Part shown: piece by piece, positions 39,624 to 49,300 of the stretch | How the letters are laid out: every line of letters starts with the position of its first letter | Numbering within the stretch: position 1 is the first letter of the stretch | Origin: an uncultured delta proteobacterium | GTDB taxonomy: Bacteria > Myxococcota_A > UBA9160 > UBA6930 | Reading direction: 5' to 3' | Assembly: GCA_963722885.1 (NCBI GenBank) | Contig: CAVROS010000015.1 | Location: forward strand, 125,282-189,281 | DNA: 64,000 nucleotides | The notes under the pieces: generated by a model | Told to the model about the DNA's origin: nothing | Seen by the model: only the letters and a program-made list of their open reading frames with translations | The model's database searches: none | Translations under genes and position numbers: made by a program

Positions 39624-41452
39624 CCCGCTCGGCACTCCTGCTCGGCGCGCTCTGCGTCTGCGGTCCGATCGTCGAAGCTGCCCTGGTCGAGCTCCGGCGC
39701 CACCAGTCCTCGCAGGACATGCGTCTGCTCCTCGGTGGATGCCATCCGCGCCGCGAGGGCGCGCAGCAGGGCCAGGAACCCCTCCACCTGATGGGCCTGG
39801 CCGAGCGCCGCTTCGAACTCCAGGGCCACGTCCCGGTGCAGCAGCGTGCCGTCGGTCAGCCGGAGCTGGCCATCCGGGGAGAGCTCTGCCAGACGAACCA
39901 GCGCGGCGCGCAGAATCGGATCGACGAAGTCTGCGGAGGGCGTGAGGGCGCGGGCGAGATCGGTCGGCTCCAGGCCCTCGCGAAGCGCCGCGTCGAATCG
40001 CAGCGCGCAGTCCGAGACCGCATCGGGTCGGATCTCCGCGAGGCCGTCCAGTGCCCGCCGCGTGGTGCGGACCTCGGGACGATGGAAATCCAGAACGGTG
40101 CGGTGTAGCTGGCGGGCGGTCTCGAAGCCGGTGAAGACGCGCAGCGTTGGAATCTCGTCTCTCGCCGCCTCGCCGAGGTGAAGCTGCAGGAGGAGATCGC
40201 TCCCCAGCTGGACGGCGGTCGCCCTCTCGATCTGGGGACTCTGCAGAGAGTCGAGCACGGTTCCGGCGGCTTCACCCAGTGCCGCTTCGGTCAATACCAC
40301 GTAGAACTCGCGGTCGGTGTTGCCCACGCGCACCTCCAGCTCGGCGCTGCTCAGCAGCGTGAGTGCACCGCGCTCCGCCAGGTAGCGATATCCGACGATC
40401 TCCACCCGATTCGAGATCCGTTCCAGATCGATCTGTAACTCGCTGGTGTCGCCATGCAGAGGCGCGGTGAAGCTTGCAGGCTGGTAGCCCGGGACGAAGG
40501 CCCGGACACTCAACGAGTCGTCCCGGTGGGCGACGAAGCGGCTCGGCAGCTCGACATCGAGGGGCGCCCGCACCTGTTCGAACATCAGGCGGGCGCCGTG
40601 CCGCAGATAGGCGAGATCGAGAAGCGCGCCGGGTGGGTTCGTCTCGATGCGGATCGACCGCTGGCGGAAGTAGTGCCACGGTCTCGCCAGGGCGGGTAGC
40701 AGATTCGCCCACTCGGCCAGGGAGTCCGGCTTCATTGCGATGCCCGAAGCGGTGAGTGACGCGTGGGGCTTGAACCGTCGCCGCAACGAGGTGGAGAGCA
40801 GCCGAAAGGTGCCGGTGCGGGTTCCGTCCCGCCTGTAGCTTCCGGTCAGCCGGTCGCCGCTGGCGCCCGCGGATTCCGTCGTCATGACCGTCTGCGAGAG
40901 AGCGGCGACGGCGCCGGGGCGACCCAGCATCTCATCGATGCTGAAGACGGGGAGCTCTCGAGTTCCCGACACGGAGCCGGCCAGTCCGAAGCTCATCGGC
41001 GCGCGGCTCTTCCGGAGCGCATCCGAGTCGGCGCGCGTCCGCCACCCCCCAGCTTCGGTCTGCTCGAGGGTGAGGATCCGGGTACCGCGCGGATTCGTGA
41101 AGAGACCGCGCTCGATCTCCCGGCGCTGCGAGCGGCTCGGCTCCCATGGACCCACCACGCGTCGATCGCGCTCGAAGCGGCCGCGAGAGTCCACGAAATT
41201 GACGATTTCGTATTCCGTCCACAGCAGCCGCTCGCCTTCGCGCTGGAAGTCCCAGATGCGATCTTCCCAGCGCAACGCGCCCGGGTTCGAGGAGGTGGCA
41301 TCCCGGTAGTGCACCAGCAGATACCAGGTTCCCTCCAGCTCGACTGCCGGCGCCGCGTCTGCGACGAGAAGCAAGGCGAGGGCGACGGCACCGCGGCGGA
41401 CCCAGGAGGCCGCCCGAAACGAACCTGAAGCTGAGCCAGAAACCGTGCTCAA
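39620..41452 (-). CDS. hypothetical secreted protein (approx. 600 aa)
   Basis: Signal-like AVALALLLVADAAPA, mixed composition, no recognised family. The start is uncertain. Confidence 0.45.
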   Translation of the reverse strand: MSTVSGSASGSFRAASWVRRGAVALALLLVADAAPAVELEGTWYLLVHYRDATSSNPGALRWEDRIWDFQREGERLLWTEYEIVNFVDSRGRFERDRRVVGPWEPSRSQRREIERGLFTNPRGTRILTLEQTEAGGWRTRADSDALRKSRAPMSFGLAGSVSGTRELPVFSIDEMLGRPGAVAALSQTVMTTESAGASGDRLTGSYRRDGTRTGTFRLLSTSLRRRFKPHASLTASGIAMKPDSLAEWANLLPALARPWHYFRQRSIRIETNPPGALLDLAYLRHGARLMFEQVRAPLDVELPSRFVAHRDDSLSVRAFVPGYQPASFTAPLHGDTSELQIDLERISNRVEIVGYRYLAERGALTLLSSAELEVRVGNTDREFYVVLTEAALGEAAGTVLDSLQSPQIERATAVQLGSDLLLQLHLGEAARDEIPTLRVFTGFETARQLHRTVLDFHRPEVRTTRRALDGLAEIRPDAVSDCALRFDAALREGLEPTDLARALTPSADFVDPILRAALVRLAELSPDGQLRLTDGTLLHRDVALEFEAALGQAHQVEGFLALLRALAARMASTEEQTHVLRGLVAPELDQGSFDDRTADAERAEQECRAG

Positions 41453-41586
41453 ATCTGAACCTTGCGCGGAAACCGGGATCGGAGCCCAATCCCGATAATC
41501 TCGAGTATATGGGAGGTGCGGCTACAGATGGGGCGGCCATCGGATCCGTTGCGGCCCTTTGCGTCCGATGCTCTAAGCTTTCCCGA

Positions 41587-43041
41587 ATGGATTCCCTCCT
41601 CCGCAAGTCCGGCAGCGAGCTCGCTCGTCTCATCCGAGAGGGCAAGTTCAGTGCGCTCGAGGTGGTCGAGCGTCACATCGCGCGCATCGAGGAGGTGAAC
41701 CCGCGGCTCAACGCCGTGGTGCGCGAGCGCTTCGACGCCGCCCGCCAGGAGGCGGTGGAGGCGGATACGCTGGCCGATATGGCGCCGGCTGCCGATCTGC
41801 CGCCGCTCCACGGTGTTCCCTGCACCATCAAGGAGTCCTGCGCGCTCCGCGGGATGCCGAACAGCTCCGGGCTCGTCTCGCGAGCGGGGATCGTCTCGGA
41901 GAAAGATGCGCCGCCGGTGGCGCGCCTGCGCGCGGCGGGTGCGATTCCTCTGGGTGTCACCAACACCTCGGAGATCACCGCCTGGCCGGGGGCCGAGAAC
42001 CGCGTCTACGGCCGCACTGGAAACGCCTACGATCCTGATTGCCAGAGCGGCGGAAGCTCGGGGGGCGAGGGCGCGATCGTCGGCGCCGGGGGCTCTCCCT
42101 TTGGCCTGGGGACCGACATCGGGGGCTCGATCCGAATTCCCGCGTTCGCGAACGGCGTCTTCGGGCACAAGCCCTCGGCCGGGCTGGTCCCCGGCACCGG
42201 CCAGTATCCGACCTACGACGGCCGGCTGCAGCGCTTCAACACCACGGGCCCGCTGGCGCGCCGGGCCGAGGACCTGATGCCGCTGCTGCGGATCCTGGCG
42301 GGACCCGACGGCGAGGATCTGGGCTGCATCCCTATCGAGCTGGGCGACCCCGCCGGCGTGAAGCTGGATTCGATCCGCGTGATCGTGGTGGCGGGCGATG
42401 CTCGGCGTTCGATCGACCCGGAGCTGCGCATGGCCCAGCAGAACGCCGCCTATGCGCTGGCGCGCAGCGGTGCCCGGGTCGAGATGCAGAACCCTCCCCA
42501 CCTGCGCCGCGCCGCAGAGATCTACCTGGGCCTGATGTTCGAGGCGGGCGGGATGCCGATCGAGAACGCCCTCGGAGACGGGAAGCCCATTTCGCTGGGA
42601 CGCGAGGTGGCCCGCGCCCTGGTCGGGGCCTCTCCCCACATGCTGCCGGTGCTCCTCCTCGCCGTGTTCCAGCGTCTCGGGCGCCTGGCGAGAAAGCGCC
42701 TCGCCCGCGACGCCGCAATCGGGCACGAGCTGCAGGCGGAGCTGCGGGACCTGCTCGGGGACGATGGCGTGCTGCTGTTCCCCTCCGCGCGCTCGACGCC
42801 GCCCCGCCAGGGAAGGAATCTGGCGGCCCTGTCCAACTTCGTCTTCACGGGTCTCTTCAACGTGCTGGAGATGCCGGTGACCCAGGTGCCGCTCGGCATC
42901 GGCTCCCAGGGTCTGCCCCTGGGCGTGCAGGTGGCCGGAGCCCACGGCAACGACCATCTCAGCATCGCCGTTGCCATGCAGCTGGAACGCCTTCTAGGGG
43001 GTTGGACGCCGCCGGCGCTCTTCGAAGCGCACTCCTCGTAG
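41587..43041 (+). CDS. amidase (amidase-signature family)
   Basis: GGSSGGEGA...GTDIGGSIRIPA amidase-signature block and the Ser-cisSer-Lys triad region. Confidence 0.9.
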   Translation: MDSLLRKSGSELARLIREGKFSALEVVERHIARIEEVNPRLNAVVRERFDAARQEAVEADTLADMAPAADLPPLHGVPCTIKESCALRGMPNSSGLVSRAGIVSEKDAPPVARLRAAGAIPLGVTNTSEITAWPGAENRVYGRTGNAYDPDCQSGGSSGGEGAIVGAGGSPFGLGTDIGGSIRIPAFANGVFGHKPSAGLVPGTGQYPTYDGRLQRFNTTGPLARRAEDLMPLLRILAGPDGEDLGCIPIELGDPAGVKLDSIRVIVVAGDARRSIDPELRMAQQNAAYALARSGARVEMQNPPHLRRAAEIYLGLMFEAGGMPIENALGDGKPISLGREVARALVGASPHMLPVLLLAVFQRLGRLARKRLARDAAIGHELQAELRDLLGDDGVLLFPSARSTPPRQGRNLAALSNFVFTGLFNVLEMPVTQVPLGIGSQGLPLGVQVAGAHGNDHLSIAVAMQLERLLGGWTPPALFEAHSS

Positions 43042-43181
43042 GTGATTTTCCCCTCAAGTTCCGGGGATTTGGCGCCGATTCCTGAAACGCGCGTTTGAAT
43101 CACCCGTCTGACCGAGGCGAGCACCGCATCCGCGTGTCGCCTCTCGAGCGAGAGCTGCGAGCCAGACCGAGGTAGCCCCCC

Positions 43182-43958
43182 ATGGCCAGCCAAGACACCC
43201 GCGAGAGGCTCCTCAATGCCGCGGAGCAGCTCTTCGCAGAACACGGGATCTCGGGCACCACGCTGCGCGCGCTCACCAGGGTCGCCAGGGTGAACCTGGC
43301 GGCGGTCCACTATCACTTCGGGGGCAAGGAGGGGCTGCTGGACGCCGTGGTGGAGCGGCGCGCAGCGGCCATGAACCGGGAGCGCCTGCGCGAGCTCGAC
43401 GAGCTGGAGCGATCCGCCGAGCGACTTGCCGGGGGAGCTTCGAACCCAGGGGCGCCCCAGGTCGAAGACATCCTGCGCGCCTTCTTTCTCTCCGGGCTGC
43501 GTGCCTTCGAGAGCGAAGAGCCGGAGACCGTCGAGCTCCTGACACGGCTGAGCGCCCGCATCACCTGCGAGCCACCCGAGGCGATCGAGGCGTTGGTCCG
43601 CAAGCACTTCGGCACCGTGATGAGGCGCTTCGTCGAAGCTCTGCAGTCCGCTCTCCCGGGGCTTCGCAAAGAGGTGGTGGACGATCGCTTCCGCTTCGTG
43701 ATCGGCACCCTCAGCCACGTCTTCTCCGGGACCTTCGATCTCGACGTGATCCCCGGCCACGGTGTCTGCGAGACCAGCGACGAGGAGAGGATCCAGCACC
43801 TGATCATCTTCCTCGCCGCCGGCTTGCGAGCGCCCAATCCACCCCTGGGTTCCCGCGATGTCAGCCCTGCGGCGCTCCTGCGAAGCGGCGGGATCCGAAA
43901 CGATGCCGGGCGATCTGGAGATGAAGGGATGGAGAGCCGCAAGGAAGCCCGACGATGA
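43182..43958 (+). CDS. TetR/AcrR-family transcriptional regulator
   Basis: N-terminal HTH RERLLNAAEQLFAEHGISGTTLRALTRVARVNLAAVHYHFGGKE. There is an ATGA overlap with the MFP gene. Confidence 0.9.
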   Translation: MASQDTRERLLNAAEQLFAEHGISGTTLRALTRVARVNLAAVHYHFGGKEGLLDAVVERRAAAMNRERLRELDELERSAERLAGGASNPGAPQVEDILRAFFLSGLRAFESEEPETVELLTRLSARITCEPPEAIEALVRKHFGTVMRRFVEALQSALPGLRKEVVDDRFRFVIGTLSHVFSGTFDLDVIPGHGVCETSDEERIQHLIIFLAAGLRAPNPPLGSRDVSPAALLRSGGIRNDAGRSGDEGMESRKEARR

Positions 43959-45121
43959 CGCCGACCAAGAAGATCGTCCTTCCCATCCTGGTCGTCCTGG
44001 TGGGAATCGTCGGTGCGACGGGGCTGCTCAGGGTCCGACCGAGCGTCGCCACCCACAGCACTGCTCCCCCCATTCCGATGGTGCGCGCGATGACGGTCGA
44101 GCTCCAGGACGTGCAGCTGCGCATCGAAGCCCAGGGCAGCATCACACCGCGCACCGAGAGCGACCTGGTGGCCGAGGTCGCGGGCCGCATCACCTGGGTC
44201 TCTCCCAGCCTCGCCGCCGGAGGCTTCTTCGAAGAGGGGGAGCTGCTGGTCCGGATCGACGCCAGCGACTACGAGCTGGCAGTAGAGAGAGCGGAGGCCG
44301 CACTCACGCGTGTGCGGAGCGAGCTCGCCCTGGCGCAGAACCACCTGGACCGCCGCCGAAGTCTGGCCGAGCGCGGTGTGGCGAGCACCGCCGCCCTCGA
44401 CGAGGCCGTGAATACCGAGAGGGTGGCGAGCGCGGCGGTGCGCGACGCGCGCGCCTTTCGGAGCCAGGCGCGCCGAGACCTGGAGCGCAGCCGCATCCTG
44501 GCGCCCTTTGCCGGACGCGTGCGTGAGAAGCGCGTTGGTGTCGGCCAGTTCGTCGGGCGAGGCGCCGGCGTGGCGAGGATCTACGCGGTCGATTACGCCG
44601 AGGTCCGGCTTCCGATCCCCGACCACGAAGCCGCCTTCGTGGACCTGCCGATCGACTACCGGGGCGAGGCGGGCGAGAACGATGGGCCAGAGGTGCTGTT
44701 GCGCGCGCGTTTCGCGGGCCGCGAGTACAGCTGGACCGGGACCATCGTGCGCACCGAGGGCGAGATCGACCCGCGCACGCGGATGATCCAGACGGTGGCG
44801 CGCATCCAGGACCCCTACGGCCGCAGCGCGCAGCTGGACCGGCCTCCTCTGGCGGTGGGAATGTTCGTCAAGGCGGAGATCAGCGGCCGCCTCCTCGAGG
44901 ACATCGTGGTCCTGCCGCGGTCGGCCCTGCGCGGTCGCGACCGGGTGGTGGTGGTGGACGGGGAGAACCGCCTGCGACTGCGGCGCGTCGACATCCTGCG
45001 CACGGAGCGCGAGACCGTGGTGATCACTGGCGGCCTCGCCCCGGGTGAGCGGGTCTGCACCTCGCCCCTGGAGACGGTCGACGAGGGCAGCCAGGTGAAG
45101 ATCGTCGTGGAAGAGTCGTGA
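43955..45121 (+). CDS. efflux RND transporter periplasmic adaptor subunit (membrane fusion protein)
   Basis: N-terminal TM, coiled-coil hairpin, and the biotinyl/beta-barrel pattern (RILAPFAGRV). Confidence 0.9.
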   Translation: MTPTKKIVLPILVVLVGIVGATGLLRVRPSVATHSTAPPIPMVRAMTVELQDVQLRIEAQGSITPRTESDLVAEVAGRITWVSPSLAAGGFFEEGELLVRIDASDYELAVERAEAALTRVRSELALAQNHLDRRRSLAERGVASTAALDEAVNTERVASAAVRDARAFRSQARRDLERSRILAPFAGRVREKRVGVGQFVGRGAGVARIYAVDYAEVRLPIPDHEAAFVDLPIDYRGEAGENDGPEVLLRARFAGREYSWTGTIVRTEGEIDPRTRMIQTVARIQDPYGRSAQLDRPPLAVGMFVKAEISGRLLEDIVVLPRSALRGRDRVVVVDGENRLRLRRVDILRTERETVVITGGLAPGERVCTSPLETVDEGSQVKIVVEES

Positions 45122-48100
45122 ACCGCGCGATCGCCTGGTTCGCCGGGAATCACGTCGCCGCCAACCTGCTGATGATGCTGCTGCTGGTGGGCGGGCTCCT
45201 CTCGATTCCCACCATCAAGCAGGAGGTCTTCCCGGAGCTCAGGCTCGACGTCGTCACCGTGAGCGTGGTCTATCCGGGCGCCGCTCCGATCGAGATCGAG
45301 GAGGGCATCTGCATCCGGATCGAGGAGGAGCTGCAGGGCCTCCAAGGCGTCAAGCGCATCAGCTCGACCTCCGCGGAAGGAGTCTGCCTGGTCAGCGTCG
45401 AGCTGCTGGCCGGCGAGGACGTCCGCCGCCGCCTCGACGAGATCCGCGGCCGAGTCGACGGGATCGACAGCTTCCCCGAGGAGGCGGAGAAGCCCGTGAT
45501 CGTCCAGGCCAGCGTGCGCTTCCAGGTCCTGGACGTGGCCGTCTCGGGCGATGTGGATGAGGTGACCCTGAAGAACCTGGGCCAGCAGGTGCGCGACGAG
45601 ATCGCCGCTCTGCCGGGGATCACCGACGTCGAGCTGGTGGCGACGCGTCCCTACGAGGTTGCCATCGAGGTCTCGGAGGACGCGCTCCTGCGACACGACC
45701 TCACCTTCGACCACGTGGTGCGCGCGGTGCGCCGATCCTCGATGGATCTACCGGGGGGCTCCGTCAAGACCGCCGGTGGCGAGATCCTGATCCGCACCAA
45801 GGGTCAGGCCTACCGCGGAGGCGAGTTCGAGGGGCTGGTGCTGCTCTCGCACCCGGACGGCTCTCGGCTCCAGCTGGGGGACGTCGCCCATGTAGTGGAT
45901 GGCTTCGAGGAAACGGACCAACTCGCTCACTTCGACGGCCGACCCACCACGCTGGTGGAGGTCTACCGGGTGGGCGATCAGAGTGCGCTGGAGATCTCGG
46001 CGACTGTCCGGGACTACATCGAGCAGGCGCGAGAGAGGCTCCCCGCCGGCGTGACCCTGACCGTCTGGCAGGAGAATGCGCGCTTCCTTCGCACGCGCCT
46101 CGACACCTTGCTTCGCAACGGCCGAGACGGCTTTGCCCTGGTGCTGCTGGTGCTGGCCCTCTTCCTGCGGTTGCGCCTCGCCTTCTGGGTGAGCCTCGGT
46201 GTACCGCTCTCGTTTCTGGGCACCCTCTTCGTGATGCCGAGCCTGGACCTGTCGATCAATCTGATCTCGCTGATGGCCTTCATCGTGGTGCTGGGCATCG
46301 TGGTGGACGACGCCATCGTGGTGGGGGAGAACGCGTACACCGAGCACTCACGGGGGGCCGAGCCGCTTGCGGGGGCGGTCGCCGGCGCCCAGGGGATCGC
46401 GATGCCGGTGATCTTCGGTGTCCTCACCACCATCGTGGCCTTCGTCCCGATGCTGTTCGTGGCGGGACCGATGGGTCGGATGACGCGCATCATTCCCATG
46501 ATCGTGATCGCGTGTCTGATCTTCTCCCTGATCGAGTCGCTCTTCGTGCTCCCTGCCCACCTCGCCCTCGCAGGCGCGCGGGAGACCCGGGGCAAGAACC
46601 CCGTGACGCGGAACTGGCTTCGCTTCCAGGGCGCCGTCGCTGCCGCGCTGCAGTGGTGGATCCGCGAGGTCTACAGACCCGTCCTCGAGATCCTCCTCGA
46701 GTGGCGCTATCTCACCGTCGCCGCCGGCGTCTCGATCCTGCTGATTGCGATGGCGATTCTCGGCGGAGGCTGGCTGCGTTTCGTCTTCCAACCCGAGGTG
46801 GAGGGCGAAGTGGCAGTCGCCTATCTGACCATGCCGCTGGGAACCCCCGTCGAGGTCACCTCGGAGGCGGTGAGCCAGCTGGTCCGCTCCGCCGAGGAGG
46901 TGCGCCGCGAGATCGATGCGGAGCGCGAGTCGGGCAGCGTGATCGCCCACGTCTTCGATGCGGTAGGCGAGCAGCCCTACCGCCGCCGTCAGGCATCGAG
47001 CATCGCTGCCTTCAGCGAGGCGACCGGTATCGGCAGCCACCTGGGCGAGGTCGAGATCGAGGTGGTTCCCTCGGAGGAGCGCGAGATCACCGTCGAGGAG
47101 CTCACCCGGCGCTGGCGGGAACGAACCGGGATGATTCCGGGCGCCGTGGAGCTGAGCTTCGTGTCGACGTTGATCACCGCCGGAGCACCGATTCACCTGG
47201 AGCTCGCCGGGCCGGATCTCGAAGAGCTGGCCTCGGCCGCCGAGCGAGTCAAGAGTGGCCTCGCCGCCTACCCGGGCGTGATCGACATCTCCGATTCCTT
47301 CCGCGGCGGCAAGCAGGAGATCGAGCTGGAGATCCTGCCCGAGGCCGAGGCCCTCGGGCTCACCCTCTCCGATCTCGCCGGTCAGGTGCGACAGGCCTTC
47401 TACGGTCACGAGGTCCAGCGCATCCAGCGCGGCCGCGACGACGTCAAGGTCGTGGTGCGCTACCCGGCGGAGGATCGCCGCTCTCTCGGCGATCTGGAGA
47501 GGATGCGCATCCGCGCCGCGGACGGCTCCGCGGTGCCCTTCACCAGTGTCGCCCGCGCGAACCTGGGCCGCGGCTTCTCGTCGATCCAGCGCGAGGATCG
47601 GCGCCGCGTCGTCAGCGTCACCGCCGGCGTCGACAGCCGGATCGCCAACGCCAACGAGATCATCGCCGACCTCAAGAGAGAGGTGGTGCCGGAGATCGAG
47701 GCCATTCACCCTCGCCTGCAGATCTCCTTCGGCGGAGAGCAACGCGAGCAGGCGGAGGTGCTGGAAAGCCTGATCCGGGGGTGGGTCATCGCGCTCTTCG
47801 CCATCTACGCGCTGCTGGCGGTGCCGCTGCGCTCCTACGTGCAGCCGCTCATCATCATGGCCGCGATCCCCTTCGGGCTGGTCGGCGCGGTCGGCGGGCA
47901 CCTGATCATGCAGTACAAGTTCAGCATGATGTCGGTGGTGGGACTGGTAGCGCTCTCGGGTGTGGTGGTGAACGACAGCCTGGTGCTGGTCGACTACATC
48001 AACAGGTGTCGCGCGAAGGGCGCCGCGCTGCAGGACGCGATTCGCGAAGCGGGAGCCGCGCGCTTCCGCGCCATTCTTCTCACCTCGCTCACCACCTTCG

Positions 48101-48360
48101 CGGGCCTGACTCCCCTGCTGATGGAGCAGAGCGTGCAGGCCAAGCTCCTGATCCCGATGGGCATCTCCCTTGCCTTTGGCGTGATCTTCGCCACTCTGAT
48201 CACCCTGGTGATGGTGCCGGTCAGCTACCAGATCCTCGAGGACCTGCTCCAGGCCGCCGGTCGGCTGCTGCGGAGGGGCGATTTGGAGGACGCGATGCCG
48301 GTGGAGATAAAGCCCGATGCCGCACGCCAGGAGAGCGGCGGCGGATCGGGCATGCGGTGA
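45118..48360 (+). CDS. efflux RND transporter permease subunit (AcrB/HAE1-like)
   Basis: A 1080-aa intact ORF with 12 TM segments and two large periplasmic loops. There is an ATGA overlap with the MFP gene. Confidence 0.95.
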   Translation: MNRAIAWFAGNHVAANLLMMLLLVGGLLSIPTIKQEVFPELRLDVVTVSVVYPGAAPIEIEEGICIRIEEELQGLQGVKRISSTSAEGVCLVSVELLAGEDVRRRLDEIRGRVDGIDSFPEEAEKPVIVQASVRFQVLDVAVSGDVDEVTLKNLGQQVRDEIAALPGITDVELVATRPYEVAIEVSEDALLRHDLTFDHVVRAVRRSSMDLPGGSVKTAGGEILIRTKGQAYRGGEFEGLVLLSHPDGSRLQLGDVAHVVDGFEETDQLAHFDGRPTTLVEVYRVGDQSALEISATVRDYIEQARERLPAGVTLTVWQENARFLRTRLDTLLRNGRDGFALVLLVLALFLRLRLAFWVSLGVPLSFLGTLFVMPSLDLSINLISLMAFIVVLGIVVDDAIVVGENAYTEHSRGAEPLAGAVAGAQGIAMPVIFGVLTTIVAFVPMLFVAGPMGRMTRIIPMIVIACLIFSLIESLFVLPAHLALAGARETRGKNPVTRNWLRFQGAVAAALQWWIREVYRPVLEILLEWRYLTVAAGVSILLIAMAILGGGWLRFVFQPEVEGEVAVAYLTMPLGTPVEVTSEAVSQLVRSAEEVRREIDAERESGSVIAHVFDAVGEQPYRRRQASSIAAFSEATGIGSHLGEVEIEVVPSEEREITVEELTRRWRERTGMIPGAVELSFVSTLITAGAPIHLELAGPDLEELASAAERVKSGLAAYPGVIDISDSFRGGKQEIELEILPEAEALGLTLSDLAGQVRQAFYGHEVQRIQRGRDDVKVVVRYPAEDRRSLGDLERMRIRAADGSAVPFTSVARANLGRGFSSIQREDRRRVVSVTAGVDSRIANANEIIADLKREVVPEIEAIHPRLQISFGGEQREQAEVLESLIRGWVIALFAIYALLAVPLRSYVQPLIIMAAIPFGLVGAVGGHLIMQYKFSMMSVVGLVALSGVVVNDSLVLVDYINRCRAKGAALQDAIREAGAARFRAILLTSLTTFAGLTPLLMEQSVQAKLLIPMGISLAFGVIFATLITLVMVPVSYQILEDLLQAAGRLLRRGDLEDAMPVEIKPDAARQESGGGSGMR

Positions 48361-49223
48361 TCCGCGCCTTCAGCTGGATCGCGGTCGCCTACCTGGTGGC
48401 GGGAGCCGTGGCGCTCGCCGTCGCCATGCCGCTGCGCGGCGAACACCCGATCCTGGTGGCTGCTGCCGCGGACCTGGGCGCCACCCTCGCGATCTTTGCC
48501 TTCAGCCTGGCGTTTCGGAACTCGAGCTTCTACGACGCCTACTGGAGCGTCGCGCCCATCGCGATCGCCTTCTACTGGTGGCTATCGGCGCCCGAATCCG
48601 GCGCGGATCCGGTGCGCGGGTGCCTGGTTCTCGGCCTGGTGAGCCTCTGGGGCGTTCGCCTCACCACCAACTGGGCCCGCGGCTGGCGGGGGCTCGGTCA
48701 CCAGGACTGGCGCTACACGGATCTCCAGAAGCAGACGGGTCGCGCCTATTGGGCGGTGAGCTTTCTCGGCATCCACCTGTTTCCCACCCTGATGGTCTTC
48801 CTCGGATGTCTCCCACTGTTTCCGGCGCTGGCCGAGCCGGTCCGGCCGTTTGGGGTGCTGGATCTGGTGGCCGCGGGGATCACCGGCTTCGCGGTCTGGC
48901 TCGAGGCCACGGCGGATCGTCAGCTCCGCCGCTTCACCACCGCCTCCCACCCGCCCGGGGAGTTCCTCCGCAGCGGCCTCTGGGCGTGGTGCCGGCATCC
49001 CAACTACCTGGGAGAGATCCTCTTCTGGTGGGGGCTCCTGGCCTTCTCCCTGGCGGCGGGCGTCATCTCCTGGTGGACTGCGGTCGGCGCCATCGCCATC
49101 ACGGTGATGTTCCGGGTCGTCAGCCTGCCCATGATCGAGCGGCGCATGATCGAACGCCGCCCGGCCTATGCGGAGCACGCGAAGCGAACCTCGGCGCTCC
49201 TGCCCCGTCGCCCCGCCGCCTGA
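48357..49223 (+). CDS. DUF1295 / isoprenylcysteine carboxyl methyltransferase-like membrane protein
   Basis: The GTG start overlaps the RND stop (GTGA). The protein has multiple TM segments and the C-terminal HPNYLGE motif characteristic of ICMT/DUF1295 proteins. Confidence 0.75.
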   Translation: MIRAFSWIAVAYLVAGAVALAVAMPLRGEHPILVAAAADLGATLAIFAFSLAFRNSSFYDAYWSVAPIAIAFYWWLSAPESGADPVRGCLVLGLVSLWGVRLTTNWARGWRGLGHQDWRYTDLQKQTGRAYWAVSFLGIHLFPTLMVFLGCLPLFPALAEPVRPFGVLDLVAAGITGFAVWLEATADRQLRRFTTASHPPGEFLRSGLWAWCRHPNYLGEILFWWGLLAFSLAAGVISWWTAVGAIAITVMFRVVSLPMIERRMIERRPAYAEHAKRTSALLPRRPAA

Positions 49224-49228
49224 AAGGC

Positions 49229-49292
49229 GGGGACGTTCCTTGCGTTCTTGCGTTCCGGCAAGCCGGAACGCAAGAACGCAAGGAACGTCCCC
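49229..49292. repeat. 64-nt perfect palindrome (31-nt arms, 2-nt centre) GGGGACGTTCCTTGCGTTCTTGCGTTCCGGC-AA-...; repeat family member between convergent genes
   Basis: Read directly from the sequence. It starts 6 nt after the DUF1295 stop and ends 9 nt before the stop of the convergent hydrolase gene. Confidence 0.65.
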
Positions 49293-49300
49293 GCTGAGGC

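Noticed and set aside
46512-49223. 903-aa plus-strand ORF spanning the RND gene
   Set aside because: Only its last 289 codons, from the GTG at 48357, encode the DUF1295 membrane protein. The upstream 600 codons are the +1 frame of the RND permease gene.
49229-49292. Short direct repeats (TTGCGTTC x2, and mirrored) inside the palindrome as a possible CRISPR or tandem-repeat array
   Set aside because: There are only two 8-nt units, embedded in a perfect inverted repeat. There are no spacers and no cas genes.
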